A DNA stretch of 64,000 nucleotides from an uncultured Candidatus Bathyarchaeia archaeon (GTDB lineage Archaea > Thermoproteota > Bathyarchaeia > Bathyarchaeales > DTEX01). Under the pieces are notes generated by a model, which was not told the DNA's origin, searched no databases, and saw only the letters and a list, made by a program, of their open reading frames with translations. The stretch lies in the NCBI GenBank assembly GCA_964513245.1, contig CAZELO010000003.1, forward strand, positions 27,066 to 91,065. The letters are read 5' to 3'. This document shows, piece after piece, positions 58,661 through 64,000 of the stretch; the stretch's first letter is position 1, and each line of letters begins with the position of its first letter. The position numbers were made by a program, and so were the translations under genes.

Positions 58661-60178
58661 CTATATGGAGACAGAGAATACCTTTGCCCGTGCCATTTGC
58701 AGGCGGATTGATACTCTCTTGCCCTTTAGCTCTGAGAGGTCGCTTTTTCCCTTCCAAGTCACTACTTTGGATAGTTCGTCGCCTATCAGTGTGTCTGAAT
58801 TCTCCAGTTCGTATCCTTCTATCGGCTTCACAGGGGTCGGTGGCGTAATGGGCGAGTTGACCAGTCCCACTTTGACCCATCCGGCTTTTCTGGTTTGGAA
58901 GTTTATGCGTAGATCCTTGCCGTGGCATGGACGTGCAACGAGAGTCGCTTTGCCTTCTGTGGGCGCTTCCAGCGCTACGAGGCGGTCGCGCTTCCAGATT
59001 GCCCAGCGGAACTCGGTTTTCGGTGAGGCTTCATGCGAAAATGGACCGCTCCAATCGTGGCGGGCGAAGATCCCTGTAAACGGTAGTCCCCATTCTGTGG
59101 CTGTTTCCCAGTCTCCACCCATCGGCACGATGTTGGGGGACGCATAGATTTGGCTGTACTCGCCGCCTTCGAAGTCTCGTGTTATTATGGGCTTCCGTTC
59201 CGGTCGGCCCCAGTTCCACCCATCGTGGCTTGAAGCCAATTGAATATCAAGTTCTGAGCCTAAGCGGTGATACATGGAGGGGAACAAGAGCCTAAATGAG
59301 TTGTTGCTTGGGTATTGGCAGTAGCAGGGGTTGTACACGTCGTCAGACATCGGGTCTTGTGGGTCGCACATGAACACGTATCTTGGGTGAGGCCAGTTGC
59401 CGAATTCTTTTCCGCTTGTGCGCCTTACGAGTCGTCGGCGGTCTAGCCAGCCGCGGAGGTATGCCACGTACTCCTGGGTTTCAACTTCGTAGGCTCCTAT
59501 GTTATGAGTGTCTAGCCCCGTTCTTTTCACGTCTATCAGGGGTTCCTCTATCAACTGCCATCGAAGCCCGTCGGCAGAGAAGGCGCCCATAACCAGCTCG
59601 CGCATCTCGACTTCCTTGTCTAGCTGTTCTGGAGTGTATGCTTCGCCTTGTTCCAGCGCTTTTCGCAGTTCACGATATTTGCTCATGTCCATCTCGGGGT
59701 CACGGACGCCCTTGCGATAGTAACGGGTTTGGGCGCCTATCCCTTTGTACCGCTGTTCCGGCGGAGCGGTGGGATCTATGAAAACTGACTGCAAAGGAAT
59801 ATCCTTCGTGTGAGCGAGTATGTTGTTATCCGTGGAGTCCTGGTAATCGTATAATCCTAATTGAGGCCGTTCCCACTTGAAACCGTCTTTGCTTTCGGCG
59901 TAACATACGTATTGGTCCTTGAAGTCTGGTGTTGCGCCGTACCACAAACGGTAAATCCCGTTTTCGTACAGCATCGTGATAAAAGGCATAAACATCTGTT
60001 CCCAAGGCTTTTCTGCTCTGAAGAAAACCTTCGATTTCCGAGCTGGCTGTATCGTTAGCTGCACGCCTACTGGCGGGTCTTCAAGCCAACTCTCAAGGTT
60101 ATCTGGGACTCCTGCTTGTCCGGGCCAAATTGCGTACCAGTCTAGGAATGGGTACAATACGGGTTTTTCTTCTTCCAC
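58661..60178 (-). CDS. Five-bladed beta-propeller glycosidase-like protein (subtype B)
   Basis: YAESKDGFKWERPQLG, VFIDPTAPPEQRYK, SADGLRW, SSHDGWNW, DRLVALEAP; paralogue of 20478-22019. Confidence 0.72.
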   Translation of the reverse strand: MEEEKPVLYPFLDWYAIWPGQAGVPDNLESWLEDPPVGVQLTIQPARKSKVFFRAEKPWEQMFMPFITMLYENGIYRLWYGATPDFKDQYVCYAESKDGFKWERPQLGLYDYQDSTDNNILAHTKDIPLQSVFIDPTAPPEQRYKGIGAQTRYYRKGVRDPEMDMSKYRELRKALEQGEAYTPEQLDKEVEMRELVMGAFSADGLRWQLIEEPLIDVKRTGLDTHNIGAYEVETQEYVAYLRGWLDRRRLVRRTSGKEFGNWPHPRYVFMCDPQDPMSDDVYNPCYCQYPSNNSFRLLFPSMYHRLGSELDIQLASSHDGWNWGRPERKPIITRDFEGGEYSQIYASPNIVPMGGDWETATEWGLPFTGIFARHDWSGPFSHEASPKTEFRWAIWKRDRLVALEAPTEGKATLVARPCHGKDLRINFQTRKAGWVKVGLVNSPITPPTPVKPIEGYELENSDTLIGDELSKVVTWKGKSDLSELKGKRVSIRLQMARAKVFSVSI

Positions 60179-60389
60179 AGGGGATGTCTCCTTTCAACCT
60201 ATGCAGATCGTCCCCTTCTTTTTTGTACACATGCCTTTTATTCTTATCGTTTACGCCGACGCTTAGCCATCTCGCCAAAAAATTTTTCCATGCTATTTCT
60301 TGGGAACCAGACGGTGATGCCTGAACCATCATGGGAACAGCAGTTTGTGCGGATGATGTTGGATCTTGTCGTATCATCGGAGCGGTTTG

Positions 60390-61022
60390 TCAAAGAATTT
60401 GAAACAGGAAGACCTGCAGAATGTAGAAGAGAATCAATAAGGCAAATGTTATTGCGAGGTTCTTTTTCCAGTTCTCGCTCCAAGCTATGCCTAATGGTAT
60501 CCCTATGATGAAGCCGATTATGTGAGAGATGAACGCTACGTTGCCTTGAGTTCCAAAATAAACCGCGGCCACGTTGTATATGAAATAGAGAATTGCCACG
60601 AGCCCTTGGGGCATGAGAAAAAGAAGAGAAAACTTCAGAGGCTTCACCAACATGACTATGGCAGTCAGCGTGAAAATAGCTGCGGAGGCACCGAGCATAA
60701 GGGTCTCCGGATCGTAGAAGTATACGCTTAGAAGAAAAGACAATACTCCGCCAACTAGGAAAGCTGCCAACGTCTTCTTCGACCCTATCTCTCTTTCCAG
60801 CGTGTTCCCAAACACAAAAAGGAAAAGCATGTTACCTATCAGATGCGTGGAGTCTGCATGCAAGAAAAGGGCTGTGAGAGGCGTCCACACCCTTCCTTGA
60901 AGGAGATTGCCGCCGCTGAAAGCTAGGTAACCGAGAGCCGTCTCATACTCGTTTGACGGCAGATACCAAGACCATACAGAAGAAAGGATGCACAACAAGA
61001 TTATCCAGTTTATCTGCCTCAT
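60390..61022 (-). CDS. Rhomboid family intramembrane serine protease
   Basis: FLHA...HLIGNM, GASAAIF (catalytic Ser) and AFISHIIG (catalytic His). Confidence 0.92.
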   Translation of the reverse strand: MRQINWIILLCILSSVWSWYLPSNEYETALGYLAFSGGNLLQGRVWTPLTALFLHADSTHLIGNMLFLFVFGNTLEREIGSKKTLAAFLVGGVLSFLLSVYFYDPETLMLGASAAIFTLTAIVMLVKPLKFSLLFLMPQGLVAILYFIYNVAAVYFGTQGNVAFISHIIGFIIGIPLGIAWSENWKKNLAITFALLILFYILQVFLFQIL

Positions 61023-61124
61023 GCCGTACCCAGAACAAAAGATGCCCCTGCACCTAGAAAACCTTTCTGCCAGCGAAGAACCGTATGCCGCAGCAGAATC
61101 TTTCCGATAACCCGATTATAGTCA

Positions 61125-61481
61125 CTAATCTGTTGGGAAGTCAAGCTGATTTTCAGGTATTCCCTGTGCTTTTCCATGGGCTATCGCCTTTTTCCATGTA
61201 TCCTTGTCATTTCTGTCGAGTTCAAATTGCTCGTCATTATACACTACTATAATCTTTTCTCGGTCCCAGAAATGTGCATACCACCCTCTTACGATGTAAG
61301 CCTCAATCTTATCAATCTCTTCTCTTTCGCATTCTACATAGTAAATGTGCCATCTTCCCGTATTCCCTTCGTAGTCGATGAGCATGCCATCTTCAGTAAT
61401 CACTGCTCTATAGACGGAATATCGATTGATAATTGCTGGATCACTTAGACCCTCGGCGATGATGACACCTCTCCAATCCAT
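61125..61481 (-). CDS. Conserved hypothetical protein
   Basis: 118 aa, GGTGA SD; GVIIAE.L, WYAHFW, G..QGIPE.QLDF. Confidence 0.7.
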   Translation of the reverse strand: MDWRGVIIAEGLSDPAIINRYSVYRAVITEDGMLIDYEGNTGRWHIYYVECEREEIDKIEAYIVRGWYAHFWDREKIIVVYNDEQFELDRNDKDTWKKAIAHGKAQGIPENQLDFPTD

Positions 61482-61742
61482 CTTGTTTCACCTTAATGGA
61501 AATAGCCGTTATCATAATTCTTATAACTTTGCCAGAATGGTGTAATAACGCCAATTACCAGATCCCGAGATGATTCCTTAGGTTCTACGTATGGTCCGTC
61601 GAGTAATCTTTGTTTCCCATCCGATAAGATGTTCTCTTCAGCGTGAAATGCTAGAATCCGGGGTCTTGGGTAGGGCTTTCACGAATTCCTTCAATATGCA
61701 AAAGAACTTCTTCATCATCAGATAGAACCATAGGCTTCACCA

Positions 61743-61786
61743 TTTGTCAGTGACTGACAAAACAGAAAAAAATTTGTCAGACAAAT
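61743..61786. promoter_or_regulatory. Paired TTTGTC...GACAAA palindromes (operator candidates)
   Basis: TTTGTCAGT-G-ACTGACAAA (61743-61761) and ATTTGTC-A-GACAAAT (61772-61786), upstream of a wHTH gene. Confidence 0.5.
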
Positions 61787-61953
61787 CTACAAGGAGCTTC
61801 TCAGCTCGACGCCCCGCTTCCACAGCCAGCCCAACCGCATCAGATGTGATGCTTTTTTACTACCAACGAGAGACTTGGACGATGGGGATTGGTATTTCTT
61901 GAACCGAAACATTTATTTGGTCTAGATGCTAGATATGGTCTTGTGGCTAGACT

Positions 61954-62352
61954 GTGTCTGAGAGCAGATTTGGTTCCAAACCTAGACCGAGAGCATTTAC
62001 AAAATATGACATAGCCTTTTTTATTCACGATAAAAGGGGCGCGAGGTGGTCTCATCTTCTTAAAGAGTTTGTCGAAAACGGGTCAGAGCAGCACATATCA
62101 AGGCAAAGACTGTCTGACTATTTGAAAGAGCTTTGCGACGAGGGACTTGTCAACAAAACCATTGACAAAAGAGCTCTATTCCTCAGACAGGTATGGAGGG
62201 TCTACCCAATCTATGAGGTCCCGAAAAACAGAAAGAAACGGATCGAAGAAATCAGAAACAAAAAAGAAATATACGAATTCGTTGACTCAGCAAGCCCAGA
62301 AAAAATAGAAAAGATACATGAAGAAATCAGACGCTTAAAAACCGAAAAATAA
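61954..62352 (+). CDS. Winged-helix DNA-binding protein
   Basis: RWSHLL...ISRQRLSDYLKELCDEGLVNK. Confidence 0.7.
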   Translation: MSESRFGSKPRPRAFTKYDIAFFIHDKRGARWSHLLKEFVENGSEQHISRQRLSDYLKELCDEGLVNKTIDKRALFLRQVWRVYPIYEVPKNRKKRIEEIRNKKEIYEFVDSASPEKIEKIHEEIRRLKTEK

Positions 62353-62441
62353 AAGTAGGCAAATTCTAATTAACCACAAAGCAGCATAATCTTCTACTGA
62401 AAAAATAGGATGTCTATGCTAGAAACGAAATTTGGAGGAAG

Positions 62442-63644
62442 ATGAATATGAAGCCTGTTTCACAAGAATTTGGTAAGCCTTCACCTGAATGGTTCCGCGT
62501 TGCGGAAGTGTACAACGGCTGGTATAACGAATGGAACGATGATGTCGTGAAGACCCGTTTGAAAGGCTTCCCGCTCATCGTAGGCGTTCCACACAAAAAA
62601 GAGTGGATCGACAAAGCACACGAACAAGGCGTAAAAGTGATTCCTTACATCAGCTTCTACAAAGCCCTAGCCATCGCAGATGCAGTCGAAGGCAGCTGGA
62701 AAAAAGCGCCAGGCATGGGAAACCCCGCAGACGGCTACATATCGCCTTTTTGGAAAGAAATGGATCTAAGCAAGCACCCAGAATGGATGCTTTACAACGA
62801 AGCTGGCGAGGTACGAAGACCCTTTGACCATAAGCCATACGCGGCCGGCTGGCAACAAGTCTGCACAAACGCGCCGGGTTACGTTGATGCGGCTCTCAGG
62901 GGTGTGCGGAAGCTGCTGGATCTTGATGGGGACGGACTTTTCATTGACAACGTGCATGCTACGGTTGACTGTTTTGGGGCAAAGCTGGGAAAACACAAGC
63001 ATGTCGAGCCGGAGAAGAACAACAAAGAGACTTACAAGCAGCTGCTTCAAAAGGTGTATGACATCGTAAAGAACGAATACGGACAGAACAAGCTCATCAT
63101 GCTTAACTCAGGAGCGGACCCAGAATACTGGCCTTACGGCGACGCCATGATGCACGAATCTTATATCTGCAGCCGTGCAAGCGTGGAAAGGCTCAATGAC
63201 TGGGGCCCAATTATCGAAAGAGCCAAGAGGGGTAAAGATGCTCTGGCACACGGAAAAGTCATCGTAGCCCTAAGCTACGTAAGAAACACATCGCCAAACA
63301 TCAAAGGCGACGCATTCTTCTGCTACGCCTGCGCCAAGCTCTCAGGATTCCACTGGGCAGACTGGTTCACCATACCACAAGACAACCCGGCACAAGAGCT
63401 TTTCACCCTTCGACTCGGTCAGCCAACAAGCGAGATGCTGGAGACAAACGGCGTCCACTTCAGATGGTTCGAAAAAGGACTAGTAATAGTGAACCCAGCA
63501 GAAAGCGAAAAAGAACTAAGCATCTCACCTGTCGCGCTGGCTTCACTACGCGACGTGTACGCACAGACAATGGTGAAAGCAGACGGCGGAAGCTTGTCGC
63601 TCGTTATCCCCGCTCAATCTGGCAGAGTCCTCACCACGAAGTGA
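62442..63644 (+). CDS. Putative TIM-barrel glycoside hydrolase-like protein
   Basis: AHEQGVKVIPYISF, HPEWML, DGLFIDN, MLNSG, MHES; C-terminal R.FEKGLVIVNP beta domain; GGAGG SD. Confidence 0.7.
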   Translation: MNMKPVSQEFGKPSPEWFRVAEVYNGWYNEWNDDVVKTRLKGFPLIVGVPHKKEWIDKAHEQGVKVIPYISFYKALAIADAVEGSWKKAPGMGNPADGYISPFWKEMDLSKHPEWMLYNEAGEVRRPFDHKPYAAGWQQVCTNAPGYVDAALRGVRKLLDLDGDGLFIDNVHATVDCFGAKLGKHKHVEPEKNNKETYKQLLQKVYDIVKNEYGQNKLIMLNSGADPEYWPYGDAMMHESYICSRASVERLNDWGPIIERAKRGKDALAHGKVIVALSYVRNTSPNIKGDAFFCYACAKLSGFHWADWFTIPQDNPAQELFTLRLGQPTSEMLETNGVHFRWFEKGLVIVNPAESEKELSISPVALASLRDVYAQTMVKADGGSLSLVIPAQSGRVLTTK

Positions 63645-63746
63645 AATCCTTCGCAATCTCCGCCTTTTTCCTATTGCGCCAACATCGAAAAATTCCGTCA
63701 ACAGCGATTATCTGAACTCGCAGCAAATGTTTCATGCCGGATGCTG

Positions 63747-64000
63747 TTAACTGCTCGCGGGAATCCCCGTGATTATTGTGGGCCAGTCCTTGATGTGCAT
63801 GCTTTTGAGGACTGTATCGTTTCCGTCGTAAGCAAGGGTGAGGCGCTGCGTGTCACCGTTGAAGGTGTCGATAACGGAGGCGCTGTCTAGTTTCATGTTG
63901 GGAAACGTGATCTCGGCTATTACCTCCTGCGAGTCGTCGTCACGGGCGAGTCCACGAATCCACACAGCAAGCATCAATTGACCGTTCGGCTTTCGGAAGG
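63747..64000 (-). CDS. C-terminal part of a gene entering from beyond the right edge
   Basis: Frame is open to the window edge (FRKPNGQLMLAVW...KDWPTII); resembles a C-terminal beta domain of a GH-like enzyme. Confidence 0.55.
   Translation of the reverse strand, partial: FRKPNGQLMLAVWIRGLARDDDSQEVIAEITFPNMKLDSASVIDTFNGDTQRLTLAYDGNDTVLKSMHIKDWPTIITGIPASS

Overview
Archaeal-style window (GGTG/GGAG SD sites, BRE/TATA-like promoters, SAMP/E1 genes; gene content suggests Bathyarchaeia, by inference). 1-6.4 kb: sulfur/cofactor cluster (ThiF/MoeB E1 + ubiquitin-like sulfur carrier, cysK-cysE-cysteine desulfurase-nadA operon, thiT preceded by a TPP riboswitch). 6540-11288: an intact 4749-bp IS6-family element with perfect 50-bp terminal inverted repeats and an 8-bp target-site duplication. 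Its transposase is central, with cargo on both sides: a Panacea(DUF4065)/RelE-like toxin-antitoxin pair and an RHH-small HTH-ParB::DUF488-unknown operon. 11.3-64 kb: a large, paralogue-rich putative carbohydrate/organic-matter catabolic region. It holds an OPT-like transporter, a 1578-aa degenerate-M28/FtsX fusion, five beta-propeller glycosidase-like proteins, TIM-barrel and alpha/alpha-toroid GH-like proteins, GH38, SGNH, two PHP hydrolases, three URO-D/MtaA-like proteins, a QueG-like Fe-S protein and three aldolases. I saw no rRNA, tRNA or CRISPR array. All family calls come from motif recognition, not database searches.
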